DNA from: Schmidtea nova
Taxonomy: Eukaryota
Reading direction: 5' to 3'
Length of the DNA stretch: 64,000 nt
Assembly (NCBI GenBank): GCA_044892505.1
Contig: CM097883.1
Coordinates: 93,682,001 to 93,746,000, forward strand
Shown: positions 25,301 through 38,031 of the stretch, piece by piece
How positions within the stretch are numbered: position 1 is the stretch's first letter
How the letters are laid out: each line of letters starts with the position of its first letter
The notes under the pieces: generated by a model
Database searches by the model: none
The model's input: only the letters and a program-made list of their open reading frames with translations
Told to the model about the DNA's origin: nothing
Translations under genes and position numbers: made by a program

Positions 25301-27410
25301 GAATACGATGACTGGATAATGGGACATTAAGAAGAATCCTCAGATGAAGAGCTTGGAGATGATACAGCTTTATTTGAGATTGGCATCAATAAGGAGATTG
25401 ACACTATCATGGATAATTTGTCTTAAGTGCCTTTACAAAGAGAAAAACCTGAAAAAATATTCAGAACTAGTATTTTTGACACTTTCTTTAATCACTTAAT
25501 AATGTTGAATCCGGAACCTTTGAGAAGGCTTAGTCAGCAATTCTGCCTGCAGTCAGATCATATTTTGTTCAGAGAAATCTGTTTAGCATTCTCTTACGAA
25601 CTTATAGAGGATCAAATCTTAGATGAAATAGTTGACGAAGAGAATCTCTAGACAATGATCATCGGTTTTCAGAACGTGTAACTGTTTATAAATATGTACT
25701 TAGTGAATGACCTTGTAGAAGTTGTACAGTAGATAAAATGATATAATGCTATAAAAACTATAAAAAACTATAAATAAACAATAAGAAAACAGTGATGCTT
25801 TGACTCAAATAATTGATATTGATGTCACCTGGATTTTGTTGAATATATTAATACCAGGCTGAGATAGTCTTAGTGGAAATTTATAGATTTAAGTGTAAGC
25901 AAATGCACTATTTAATCATCATAGGTCGTTTGTCTGAGATCACAACTGAAATTACCGGTCCAGTGAAAAGACATAATACAGTGTTTGCAACAGTATCTGA
26001 AGCGGCAATTAACTGTTATTGGCCCAGATTTGTCCTCACCAGCAAAGATGATAACGAGTCAAGTTCTCTATTAAAGCATCAGAGTGCAGATATATTGACT
26101 TTAAAAACGAAATTATGGAGATTGTCGAAATGCCCTGAAAATGGATCTCTGATGGCATTAAAAGCACTGTTTAGGAGTTATGAGCATATCTTGGTTGACA
26201 GTCCTATGGATGAAGCACACTTGATAATCGATATGGATGAGGATTCGAGAATCTTATATATTTTTACCAAGTTCTTAGCTGGCAGAGAATGTTCTTCTGA
26301 ATTGCTTGAAAATTCACTTAGCGCACTATGGGATAATATTTCACTTGTCAAAGGTACTATAAAGGCTTTTATACAGGTCCAGGTCTTTGGAAAGGAAGCA
26401 TAAACAGAGACCAAGTGGAAATAAGAATGCTAGATGATATTCTCACTTACATCACTGTGAGAGATATAAGGAGCTTGATAAAGATACAGAAACCACTATG
26501 TGAGCTATGTAAAGAACTAGGGAGAATCAAATCTAATAGCAGAGTTGAAGGTTTTATTTATTTAGATGTTGAATCATGCACGAAATGGAGCAGAAGAGAA
26601 GGTTTTGTGCCTATAAAATATTCTGCTGAAATAAGTCTTTATGTGCATGAGCCAACTTCACTGAGGTTCAGTTATGACAGCTCAATTTTGAAATTGATAG
26701 CCGATAATGTAATGCCCGTAACTGTGCTTGGATTCACTATCAGAAGCCCAGCAAGCAATATGAATGAGCTAGAAATCTTCGGAAAAGATACGGTGAAACA
26801 TGCAGAATTCAGAATTCTAGAGTTGAAAGTGATAAATAATCTCCAGATGACCATTAACGAGTGCAGAGGGACAATTAAGAAATATCCAGCTTGGTCGAAA
26901 GTTGAAATGAGAAAATATATGAGCATGAAAGGATTTTCTACTTTAGCAGAGGAGATTTCATCGAAGATGGACACAACATTCAGCATTGATCATAAGCCTC
27001 TCATAGATTTCACAGCAACTGAGGTTAAAGAAGATGTTGACTTAAATGCTCTAGATGATGAATACGATGACTGGATAATGGGACATTAAGAAGAATCCTC
27101 AGATGAAGAGCTTGGAGATGATACAGCTTTATTTGAGATTGGCATCAATAAGGAGATTGACACTATCATGGATAATTTGTCTTAAGTGCCTTTACAAAGA
27201 GAAAAACCTGAAAAAATATTCAGAACTAGTATTTTTGACACTTTCTTTAATCACTTAATAATGTTGAATCCGGAACCTTTGAGAAGGCTTAGTCAGCAAT
27301 TCTGCCTGCAGTCAGATCATATTTTGTTCAGAGAAATCTGTTTAGCATTCTCTTACGAACTTATCGAGGATCAAATCTTAGATGAAATAGTTGACGAAGA
27401 GAATCTCTAG
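10338..27410 (+). pseudogene. L: Ten disrupted copies (U1-U10) of the L-fragment ORF
   Basis: All carry TAT>TAA after DNLS. Nine have a stop or frameshift at the GGFF motif, and five have GAA>TAA after MGH. The copy at 22354 keeps 437 codons. Confidence 0.8.
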
Positions 27411-27621
27411 ACAATGATCATCGGTTTTCAGAACGTGTAACTGTTTATAAATATGTACTTAGTGAATGACCTTGAAGAAGTTGTACAGTAGATAAAGTGA
27501 TATAATGCTATAAAAACTATAAATAAACAATAAAAAAACAGTGATGCTATGACTCAAAAAATTGATATTGATGTCACCTGGATTCTGTTGAATATATTAA
27601 TACCAGGCTGAGATAGTCTTA

Positions 27622-29160
27622 GTGGAAATTTATAGATTTAAGTGTAAGCAAATGCACTATTTAATCATCATAGGTCGTTTGTCTGAGATCACAACTGAAA
27701 TTACCGGTCCAGTGAAAAGACATAATACAGTGTTTGCAACAGTATCTGAAGCGGCAATTAACTGTTATTGGCCCAGATTTGTCCTCACCAGCAAAGATGA
27801 TAACGAGTCAAGTTCTCTATTAAAGCATCAGAGTGCTGATATATTGACTTTAAATCCGAAATTATGGAGATTGTCGAATAGCCCTGAAAATGGATCTCTG
27901 ATGGCATTAAAAGCACTGTTTAGGAGTTATGAGCATATCTTGGTTGATAGTCCTATGGATGAAGCACACTTGATAATCGATATGGATGAGGATTCGAGAA
28001 TCTTATATATTTTTACCAAGTTCTTAGCTGGCAGAGAATGTTCTTCTGAATTGCTTGAAAATTCACTTAGCTGCACTATAGGAGGATTTTTCACTCGTCA
28101 AAGGTACTATAAAGGCTTTTATACAGGTCCAGGTCTTTGGAAAGGAAGCATAAACAGAGCGCAAGTGGAAATAAGAATGCTAGATGATATTCTCACTTAC
28201 ATCACTGTGAGAGATATAAGGAGCTTGATAAAGATACAGAAACCACTATGTGAGCTATGTAAAGAACTAGGGAGAATCAAATCTAATAGCAGAGTTGAAG
28301 GTTCTATTTATTTAGATGTTGAATCATGCACGAAATGGAGCAGAAGAGAAGGTTTTGTGCCTATAAAATATTCTGCTGAAATAAGTCTTTATGTGCATGA
28401 GCCAACTTCACTGAGGTTCAGTTATGACAGCTCAATTTTGAAATTGATAGCCGATAATGTAATGCCCGTAACTGTGCTTGGATTCACTATCAGAAGCCCA
28501 GCAAGCAATATGAATGAGCTAGAAATCTTCGGAAAAGATACGGTGAAACATGCAGAATTCAGAATTCTAGAGTGGAAAGTGATAAATAATCTCCAGATGA
28601 CCATTAACGAGTGCAGAGGGACAATTAAGAAATATCCAGCTTGGTCAAAAGTTGAAATGAGAAAATATATGAGCATGAAAGGATTTTCTACTTTAGCAGA
28701 GGAGATTTCATCGAAGATGGACACAACATTCAGCATTGATCATAAGCCTCTCATAGATTTCACAGCAACTGAGATTAAAGAAGATGTTGACTTAGATGCT
28801 CTAGATGATGAATACGATGACTGGATAATGGGACATGAAGAAGAATCCTCAGATGAAGAGCTTGGAGATGATACAGCTTTATTTGAGATTGGCATCAATA
28901 AGGAGATTGACACTATCATGGATAATTTGTCTTATGTACCTTTACAAAGAGAAAAACCTGAAAAAATATTCAGAACTAGTATTTTTGACACTTTCTTTAA
29001 TCACTTAATAATGTTGAATCCGGAACCTTTGAGAAGGCTTAGTCAGCAATTCTGCCTGCAGTCAGATCATATTTTGTTCAGAGAAATCTGTTTAGCATTC
29101 TCTTACGACATTATAGAGGATCAAATCTTAGATGAAATAGTTGTCGAAGAGAATCTCTAG
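27622..29160 (+). CDS. L: Intact L-protein C-terminal fragment ORF (512 codons from GTG, 502 from first ATG at 27652), copy U11
   Basis: Uninterrupted ORF with the cap-binding-like motif at 28081-28146. Expression is not shown. Confidence 0.7.
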   Translation: MEIYRFKCKQMHYLIIIGRLSEITTEITGPVKRHNTVFATVSEAAINCYWPRFVLTSKDDNESSSLLKHQSADILTLNPKLWRLSNSPENGSLMALKALFRSYEHILVDSPMDEAHLIIDMDEDSRILYIFTKFLAGRECSSELLENSLSCTIGGFFTRQRYYKGFYTGPGLWKGSINRAQVEIRMLDDILTYITVRDIRSLIKIQKPLCELCKELGRIKSNSRVEGSIYLDVESCTKWSRREGFVPIKYSAEISLYVHEPTSLRFSYDSSILKLIADNVMPVTVLGFTIRSPASNMNELEIFGKDTVKHAEFRILEWKVINNLQMTINECRGTIKKYPAWSKVEMRKYMSMKGFSTLAEEISSKMDTTFSIDHKPLIDFTATEIKEDVDLDALDDEYDDWIMGHEEESSDEELGDDTALFEIGINKEIDTIMDNLSYVPLQREKPEKIFRTSIFDTFFNHLIMLNPEPLRRLSQQFCLQSDHILFREICLAFSYDIIEDQILDEIVVEENL

Positions 29161-29332
29161 ACAATGATCATCGGTTTTCAGAACGTGTAACTGTTTATAA
29201 ATATGTACTTAGTGAATGACCTTGTAGAAGTTGTACAGTAGATAAAGTGATATAATGCTAATACTCAAATAATTGATATTGATGTCACCTGGATTCTGTT
29301 GATTATATTAATACCAGGCTGAGATAGTCTTA

Positions 29333-30871
29333 GTGGAAATTTATAGATTTAAGTGTAAGCAAATGCACTATTTAATCATCATAGGTCGTTTGTCTGAGAT
29401 CACAACTGAAATTACCGGTCCAGTGAAAAGACATAATACAGTGTTTGCAACAGTATCTGAAGCGGCAATTAACTGTTATTGGCCCAGATTTGTCCTCACC
29501 AGCAAAGATGATAACGAGTCAAGTTCTCTATTAAAGCATCAGAGTGCTGATATATTGACTTTAAATCCGAAATTATGGAGATTGTCGAATAGCCCTGAAA
29601 ATGGATCTCTGATGGCATTAAAAGCACTGTTTAGGAGTTATGAGCATATCTTGGTTGATAGTCCTATGGATGAAGCACACTTGATAATCGATATGGATGA
29701 GGATTCGAGAATCTTATATATTTTTACCAAGTTCTTAGCTGGCAGAGAATGTTCTTCTGAATTGCTTGAAAATTCACTTAGCTGCACTATAGGAGGATTT
29801 TTCACTCGTCAAAGGTACTATAAAGGCTTTTATACAGGTCCAGGTCTTTGGAAAGGAAGCATAAACAGAGCGCAAGTGGAAATAAGAATGCTAGATGATA
29901 TTCTCACTTACATCACTGTGAGAGATATAAGGAGCTTGATAAAGATACAGAAACCACTATGTGAGCTATGTAAAGAACTAGGGAGAATCAAATCTAATAG
30001 CAGAGTTGAAGGTTCTATTTATTTAGATGTTGAATCATGCACGAAATGGAGCAGAAGAGAAGGTTTTGTGCCTATAAAATATTCTGCTGAAATAAGTCTT
30101 TATGTGCATGAGCCAACTTCACTGAGGTTCAGTTATGACAGCTCAATTTTGAAATTGATAGCCGATAATGTAATGCCCGTAACTGTGCTTGGATTCACTA
30201 TCAGAAGCCCAGCAAGCAATATGAATGAGCTAGAAATCTTCGGAAAAGATACGGTGAAACATGCAGAATTCAGAATTCTAGAGTGGAAAGTGATAAATAA
30301 TCTCCAGATGACCATTAACGAGTGCAGAGGGACAATTAAGAAATATCCAGCTTGGTCAAAAGTTGAAATGAGAAAATATATGAGCATGAAAGGATTTTCT
30401 ACTTTAGCAGAGGAGATTTCATCGAAGATGGACACAACATTCAGCATTGATCATAAGCCTCTCATAGATTTCACAGCAACTGAGATTAAAGAAGATGTTG
30501 ACTTAGATGCTCTAGATGATGAATACGATGACTGGATAATGGGACATGAAGAAGAATCCTCAGATGAAGAGCTTGGAGATGATACAGCTTTATTTGAGAT
30601 TGGCATCAATAAGGAGATTGACACTATCATGGATAATTTGTCTTATGTACCTTTACAAAGAGAAAAACCTGAAAAAATATTCAGAACTAGTATTTTTGAC
30701 ACTTTCTTTAATCACTTAATAATGTTGAATCCGGAACCTTTGAGAAGGCTTAGTCAGCAATTCTGCCTGCAGTCAGATCATATTTTGTTCAGAGAAATCT
30801 GTTTAGCATTCTCTTACGACATTATAGAGGATCAAATCTTAGATGAAATAGTTGTCGAAGAGAATCTCTAG
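29333..30871 (+). CDS. L: Intact L-fragment ORF, copy U12
   Basis: Same protein as U11. Confidence 0.7.
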   Translation: MEIYRFKCKQMHYLIIIGRLSEITTEITGPVKRHNTVFATVSEAAINCYWPRFVLTSKDDNESSSLLKHQSADILTLNPKLWRLSNSPENGSLMALKALFRSYEHILVDSPMDEAHLIIDMDEDSRILYIFTKFLAGRECSSELLENSLSCTIGGFFTRQRYYKGFYTGPGLWKGSINRAQVEIRMLDDILTYITVRDIRSLIKIQKPLCELCKELGRIKSNSRVEGSIYLDVESCTKWSRREGFVPIKYSAEISLYVHEPTSLRFSYDSSILKLIADNVMPVTVLGFTIRSPASNMNELEIFGKDTVKHAEFRILEWKVINNLQMTINECRGTIKKYPAWSKVEMRKYMSMKGFSTLAEEISSKMDTTFSIDHKPLIDFTATEIKEDVDLDALDDEYDDWIMGHEEESSDEELGDDTALFEIGINKEIDTIMDNLSYVPLQREKPEKIFRTSIFDTFFNHLIMLNPEPLRRLSQQFCLQSDHILFREICLAFSYDIIEDQILDEIVVEENL

Positions 30872-31043
30872 ACAATGATCATCGGTTTTCAGAACGTGTA
30901 ACTGTTTATAAATATGTACTTAGTGAATGACCTTGTAGAAGTTGTACAGTAGATAAAGTGATATAATGCTAATACTCAAATAATTGATATTGATGTCACC
31001 TGGATTCTGTTGAATATATTAATACCAGGCTGAGATAGTCTTA

Positions 31044-32581
31044 GTGGAAATTTATAGATTTAAGTGTAAGCAAATGCACTATTTAATCATCATAGGTCGT
31101 TTGTCTGAGATCACAACTGAAATTACCGGTCCAGTGAAAAGACATAATACAGTGTTTGCAACAGTATCTGAAGCGGCAATTAACTGTTATTGGCCCAGAT
31201 TTGTCCTCACCAGCAAAGATGATAACGAGTCAAGTTCTCTATTAAAGCATCAGAGTGCTGATATATTGACTTTAAAAACGAAATTATGGAGATTGTCGAA
31301 ATGCCCTGAAAATGGATCTCTGATGGCATTAAAAGCACTGTTTAGGAGTTATGAGCATATCTTGGTTGATAGTCCTATGGATGAAGCACACTTGATAATC
31401 GATATGGATGAGGATTCGAGAATCTTATATATTTTTACCAAGTTCTTAGCTGGCAGAGAATGTTCTTCTGAATTGCTTGAAAATTCACTTAGCCGCACTA
31501 TAGGAGGATTTTTCACTCGTCAAAGGTACTATAAAGGCTTTTATACAGGTCCAGGTCTTTGGAAAGGAAGCATAAACAGAGCGCAAGTGGAAATAAGAAT
31601 GCTAGATGATATTCTCACTTACATCACTGTGAGAGATATAAGGAGCTTGATAAAGATACAGAAACCACTATGTGAGCTATGTAAAGAACTAGGGAGAATC
31701 AAATCTAATAGCAAAGTTGAAGGTTCTATTTATTTAGATGTTGAATCATGCACGAAATGGAGCAGAAGAGAAGGTTTTGTGCCTATAAAATATTCTGCTG
31801 AAATAAGTCTTTATGTGCATGAGCCAACTTCACTGAGGTTCAGTTATGACAGCTCAATTTTGAAATTGATAGCCGATAATGTAATGCCCGTAACTGTGCT
31901 TGGATTCACTATCAGAAGCCCAGCAAGCAATATGAATGAGCTAGAAATCTTCGGAAAAGATACGGTGAAACATGCAGAATTCAGAATTCTAGAGTTGAAA
32001 GTGATAAATAATCTCCAGATGACCATTAACGAGTGCAGAGGGACAATTAAGAAATATCCAGCTTGGTCGAAAGTTGAAATGAGAAAATATATGAGCATGA
32101 AAGGATTTTCTACTTTAGCAGAGGAGATTTCATCGAAGATGGACACAACATTCAGCATTGATCATAAGCCTCTCATAGATTTCACAGCAACTGAGATTAA
32201 AGAAGATGTTGACTTAGATGCTCTAGATGATGAATACGATGACTGGATAATGGGACATGAAGAAGAATCCTCAGATGAAGAGCTTGGAGATGATACAGCT
32301 TTATTTGAGATTGGCATCAATAAGGAGATTGACACTATCATGGATAATTTGTCTTATGTACCTTTACAAAGAGAAAAACCTGAAAAAATATTCAGAACTA
32401 GTATTTTTGACACTTTCTTTAATCACTTAATAATGTTGAATCCGGAAGCTTTGAGAAGGTGAGTCAGCAATTCTGCCTGCAGTCAGATCATATTTTGTTC
32501 AGAGAAATCTGTTTAGCATTCTCTTACGACATTATAGAGGATCAAATCTTAGATGAAATAGTTGTCGAAGAGAATCTCTAG
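31044..32581 (+). pseudogene. L: L-fragment copy U13, truncated at 472 codons
   Basis: GAGAAGGTGA lesion gives an early TGA at 32460-32462. Confidence 0.7.
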
Positions 32582-32753
32582 ACAATGATCATCGGTTTTC
32601 AGAACGTGTAACTGTTTATAAATATGTACTTAGTGAATGACCTTGTAGAAGTTGTACAGTAGATAAAGTGATATAATGCTAATACTCAAATAATTGATAT
32701 TGATGTCACCTGGATTCTGTTGAATATATTAATACCAGGCTGAGATAGTCTTA

Positions 32754-34292
32754 GTGGAAATTTATAGATTTAAGTGTAAGCAAATGCACTATTTAATCAT
32801 CATAGGTCGTTTGTCTGAGATCACAACTGAAATTACCGGTCCAGTGAAAAGACATAATACAGTGTTTGCAACAGTATCTGAAGCGGCAATTAACTGTTAT
32901 TGGCCCAGATTTGTCCTCACCAGCAAAGATGATAACGAGTCAAGTTCTCTATTAAAGCATCAGAGTGCTGATATATTGACTTTAAAAACGAAATTATGGA
33001 GATTGTCGAAATGCCCTGAAAATGGATCTCTGATGGCATTAAAAGCACTGTTTAGGAGTTATGAGCATATCTTGGTTGATAGTCCTATGGATGAAGCACA
33101 CTTGATAATCGATATGGATGAGGATTCGAGAATCTTATATATTTTTACCAAGTTCTTAGCTGGCAGAGAATGTTCTTCTGAATTGCTTGAAAATTCACTT
33201 AGCCGCACTATAGGAGGATTTTTCACTCGTCAAAGGTACTATAAAGGCTTTTATACAGGTCCAGGTCTTTGGAAAGGAAGCATAAACAGAGCGCAAGTGG
33301 AAATAAGAATGCTAGATGATATTCTCACTTACATCACTGTGAGAGATATAAGGAGCTTGATAAAGATACAGAAACCACTATGTGAGCTATGTAAAGAACT
33401 AGGGAGAATCAAATCTAATAGCAAAGTTGAAGGTTCTATTTATTTAGATGTTGAATCATGCACGAAATGGAGCAGAAGAGAAGGTTTTGTGCCTATAAAA
33501 TATTCTGCTGAAATAAGTCTTTATGTGCATGAGCCAACTTCACTGAGGTTCAGTTATGACAGCTCAATTTTGAAATTGATAGCCGATAATGTAATGCCCG
33601 TAACTGTGCTTGGATTCACTATCAGAAGCCCAGCAAGCAATATGAATGAGCTAGAAATCTTCGGAAAAGATACGGTGAAACATGCAGAATTCAGAATTCT
33701 AGAGTTGAAAGTGATAAATAATCTCCAGATGACCATTAACGAGTGCAGAGGGACAATTAAGAAATATCCAGCTTGGTCGAAAGTTGAAATGAGAAAATAT
33801 ATGAGCATGAAAGGATTTTCTACTTTAGCAGAGGAGATTTCATCGAAGATGGACACAACATTCAGCATTGATCATAAGCCTCTCATAGATTTCACAGCAA
33901 CTGAGATTAAAGAAGATGTTGACTTAAATGCTCTAGATGATGAATACGATGACTGGATAATGGGACATGAAGAAGAATCCTCAGATGAAGAGCTTGGAGA
34001 TGATACGGCTTTATTTGAGATTGGCATCAATAAGGAGATTGACACTATCATGGATAATTTGTCTTATGTACCTTTACAAAGAGAAAAACCTGAAAAAATA
34101 TTCAGAACTAGTATTTTTGACACTTTCTTTAATCACTTAATAATGTTGAATCCGGAACCTTTGAGAAGGCTTAGTCAGCAATTCTGCCTGCAGTCAGATC
34201 ATATTTTGTTCAGAGAAATCTGTTTAGCATTCTCTTACGACATTATAGAGGATCAAAACTTAGATGAAATAGTTGACGAAGAGAATCTCTAG
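32754..34292 (+). CDS. L: Intact L-fragment ORF, copy U14
   Basis: 512-codon ORF. Confidence 0.7.
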   Translation: MEIYRFKCKQMHYLIIIGRLSEITTEITGPVKRHNTVFATVSEAAINCYWPRFVLTSKDDNESSSLLKHQSADILTLKTKLWRLSKCPENGSLMALKALFRSYEHILVDSPMDEAHLIIDMDEDSRILYIFTKFLAGRECSSELLENSLSRTIGGFFTRQRYYKGFYTGPGLWKGSINRAQVEIRMLDDILTYITVRDIRSLIKIQKPLCELCKELGRIKSNSKVEGSIYLDVESCTKWSRREGFVPIKYSAEISLYVHEPTSLRFSYDSSILKLIADNVMPVTVLGFTIRSPASNMNELEIFGKDTVKHAEFRILELKVINNLQMTINECRGTIKKYPAWSKVEMRKYMSMKGFSTLAEEISSKMDTTFSIDHKPLIDFTATEIKEDVDLNALDDEYDDWIMGHEEESSDEELGDDTALFEIGINKEIDTIMDNLSYVPLQREKPEKIFRTSIFDTFFNHLIMLNPEPLRRLSQQFCLQSDHILFREICLAFSYDIIEDQNLDEIVDEENL

Positions 34293-34512
34293 ACAATGAT
34301 CATCGGTTTTCAGAACGTGTAACTGTTTATAAATATGTACTTAGTGAATGACCTTGTAGAAGTTGTACAGTAGATAAAGTGATATAATGCTATAATAACT
34401 ATAAAAAACTATAAATAAACAATAAAAAACAGTGATGCTATGACTCAAATAATTGATATTGATGTCACCTGGATTCTGTTGAATATATTAATACCAGGCT
34501 GAGATAGTCTTA

Positions 34513-36051
34513 GTGGAAATTTATAGATTTAAGTGTAAGCAAATGCACTATTTAATCATCATAGGTCGTTTGTCTGAGATCCCAACTGAAATTACCGGTC
34601 CAGTGAAAAGACATAATACTGTGTTTGCAACAGTATCTGAAGCGGCAATTAACTGTTATTGGCCCGGATTTGTCCTCACCAGCAAAGATGATAACGAGTC
34701 AAGTTCTTTATTAAAGCATCAGAGTGCAGATATATTGACTTTAAAAACGAAATTATGGAGATTGTCGAAATGCCCTGAAAATGGATCTCTGATGGCATTA
34801 AAAGCACTGTTTAGGAGTTATGAGCATATCTTGGTTGATAGTCCTATGGATGAAGCACACTTGATAATCGATATGGATGAGGATTCGAGAATCTTATATA
34901 TTTTTACCAAGTTCTTAGCTGGCAGAGAATGTTCTTCTGAATTGCTTGAAAATTCACTTAGCTGCACTATAGGAGGATTTTTCACTCGTCAAAGGTACTA
35001 TAAAGGCTTTTATACAGGTCCAGGTCTTTGGAAAGGAAGCATAAACAGAGCGCAAGTGGAAATAAGAATGCTAGATGATATTCTCACTTACATCACTGTG
35101 AGAGATATAAGGAGCTTGATAAAGATACAGAAACCACTATGTGAGCTATGTAAAGAACTAGGGAGAATCAAATCTAATAGCAGAGTTGAAGGTTCTATTT
35201 ATTTAGATGTTGAATCATGCACGAAATGGAGCAGAAGAGAAGGTTTTGTGCCTATAAAATATTCTGCTGAAATAAGTCTTTATGTGCATGAGCCAACTTC
35301 ACTGAGGTTCAGTAATGACAGCTCAATTTTGAAATTGATAGCCGATAATGTAATGCCCGTAACTGTGCTTGGATTCACTATCAGAAGCCCAGCAAGCAAT
35401 ATGAATGAGCTAGAAATCTTCGGAAAAGATACGGTGAAACATGCAGAATTCAGAATTCTAGAGTGAAAAGTGATAAATAATCTCCAGATGACCATTAACG
35501 AGTGCAGAGGGACAATTAAGAAATATCCAGCTTGGTCGAAAGTTGAAATGAGAAAATATATGAGCATGAAAGGATTTTCTACTTTAGCAGAGGAGATTTC
35601 ATCGAAGATGGACACAACATTCAGCATTGATCATAAGCCTCTCATAGATTTCACAGCAACTGAGATTAAAGAAGATGTTGACTTAGATGCTCTAGATGAT
35701 GAATACGATGACTGGATAATGGGACATGAAGAAGAATCCTCAGATGAAGAGCTTGGAGATGATACGGCTTTATTTGAGATTGGCATCAATAAGGAGATTG
35801 ACACTATCATGGATAATTTGTCTTATGTACCTTTACAAAGATAAAAACCTGAAAAAATATTCAGAACTAGTATTTTTGACACTTTCTTTAATCACTTAAT
35901 AATGTTGAATCCGGAACCTTTGAGAAGGCTTAGTCAGCAATTCTGCCTGCAGTCAGATCATATTTTGTTCAGAGAAATCTGTTTAGCATTCTCTTACGAC
36001 ATTATAGAGGATCAAAACTTAGATGAAATAGTTGACGAAGAGAATCTCTAG
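34513..36051 (+). pseudogene. L: L-fragment copy U15 with two nonsense changes
   Basis: TGG>TGA after RILE and AGAGAA>AGATAA after PLQR; same lesions as U18. Confidence 0.75.
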
Positions 36052-36272
36052 ACAATGATCATCGGTTTTCAGAACGTGTAACTGTTTATAAATATGTACT
36101 TAGTGAATGACCTTGTAGAGGTTGTACAGTAGATAAAGTGATATAATGCTATAAAAACTATAAAAAACTATAAATAAACAATAAAAAAACAGTGATGCTA
36201 TGACTCAAATAATTGATATTGATGTCACCTGGATTCTGTTGAATATATTAATACCAGGCTGAGATAGTCTTA

Positions 36273-37811
36273 GTGGAAATTTATAGATTTAAGTGTAAGC
36301 AAATGCACTATTTAATCATCATAGGTCGTTTGTCTGAGATCACAACTGAAATTACCGGTCCAGTGAAAAGACATAATACAGTGTTTGCAACAGTATCTGA
36401 AGCGGCAATTAACTGTTATTGGCCTAGATTTGTCCTCACCAGCAAAGATGATAACGAGTCAAGTTCTCTATTAAAGCATCAGAGTGCTGATATATTGACT
36501 TTAAAAACGAAATTATGGAGACTGTCGAAATGCCCTGAAAATGGATCTCTGATGGCATTAAAAGCACTGTTTAGGAGTTATGAGCATATCTTGGTTGATA
36601 GTCCTATGGATGAAGCACACTTGATAATCGATATGGATGAGGATTCGAGAATCTTATATATTTTTACCAAGTTCTTAGCTGGCAGAGAATGTTCTTCTGA
36701 ATTGCTTGAAAATTCACTTAGCTGCACTATAGGAGGATTTTTCACTCGTCAAAGGTACTATAAAGGCTTTTATACAGGTCCAGGTCTTTGGAAAGGAAGC
36801 ATAAACAGAGCGCAAGTGGAAATAAGAATGCTAGATGATATTCTCACTTACATCACTGTGAGAGATATAAGGAGCTTGATAAAGATACAGAAACCACTAT
36901 GTGAACTTTGCAAAGAACTAGGGAGAATCAAATCTAATAGCAGAGTTGAAGGTTCTATTTATTTAGATGTTGAATCATGCACGAAATGGAGCAGAAGAGA
37001 AGGTTTTGTGCCTATAAAATATTCTGCTGAAATAAGTCTTTATGTGCATGAGCCAACTTCACTGAGGTTCAGTTATGACAGCTCAATTTTGAAAATGATA
37101 GCCGATAATGTAATGCCCGTAACTGTGCTTGGATTCACTATCAGAAGTCCAGCAAGCAATAAGAATGAGCTAGAAATCTTCGGAAAAGATACGGTGAAAC
37201 ATGCAGAATTCAGAATTCTAGAGTGGAAAGTGATAAATAATCTCCAGATGACCATTAACGAGTGCAGAGGGACAATTAAGAAATATCCAGCTTGGTCGAA
37301 AAATGAAATGAGAAAATATATGAGCATGAAAGGATTTTCTACTTTAGCAGAGGAGATTTCATCGAAGATGGACACAACATTCAGCATTGATCATAAGCCT
37401 CTCATAGATTTCACAGCAACTGAGGTTAAAGAAGATGATGACTTAAATGCTCTAGATGATGAATACGATGACTGGATAATGGGACATGAAGAAGAATCCT
37501 CAGATGAAGAGCTTGGAGATGATACGGCTTTATTTGAGATTGGCATCAATAAGGAGATTGACACTATCATGGATAATTTGTCTTATGTACCTTTACAAAG
37601 AGAAAAACCTGAAAAAATATTCAGAACTAGTATTTTTGACACTTTCTTTAATCACTTAATAATGTTGAATCCGGAACCTTTGAGAAGGCTTAGTCAGCAA
37701 TTCTGCCTGCAGTCAGATCATATTTTGTTCAGAGAAATCTGTTTAGCATTCTCTTACGACATTATAGAGGATCAAAACTTAGATGAAATAGTTGACGAAG
37801 AGAATCTCTAG
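36273..37811 (+). CDS. L: Intact L-fragment ORF, copy U16
   Basis: 512-codon ORF. Confidence 0.7.
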   Translation: MEIYRFKCKQMHYLIIIGRLSEITTEITGPVKRHNTVFATVSEAAINCYWPRFVLTSKDDNESSSLLKHQSADILTLKTKLWRLSKCPENGSLMALKALFRSYEHILVDSPMDEAHLIIDMDEDSRILYIFTKFLAGRECSSELLENSLSCTIGGFFTRQRYYKGFYTGPGLWKGSINRAQVEIRMLDDILTYITVRDIRSLIKIQKPLCELCKELGRIKSNSRVEGSIYLDVESCTKWSRREGFVPIKYSAEISLYVHEPTSLRFSYDSSILKMIADNVMPVTVLGFTIRSPASNKNELEIFGKDTVKHAEFRILEWKVINNLQMTINECRGTIKKYPAWSKNEMRKYMSMKGFSTLAEEISSKMDTTFSIDHKPLIDFTATEVKEDDDLNALDDEYDDWIMGHEEESSDEELGDDTALFEIGINKEIDTIMDNLSYVPLQREKPEKIFRTSIFDTFFNHLIMLNPEPLRRLSQQFCLQSDHILFREICLAFSYDIIEDQNLDEIVDEENL

Positions 37812-38031
37812 ACAATGATCATCGGTTTTCAGAACGTGTAACTGTTTATAAATATGTACTTAGTGAATGACCTTGTAGAAGTTGTACAGTAGATAAAGTG
37901 ATATAATGCTATAATAACTATAAAAAACTATAAATAAACAATAAAAAACAGTGATGCTATGACTCAAATAATTGATATTGATGTCACCTGGATTCTGTTG
38001 AATATATTAATACCAGGCTGAGATAGTCTTA

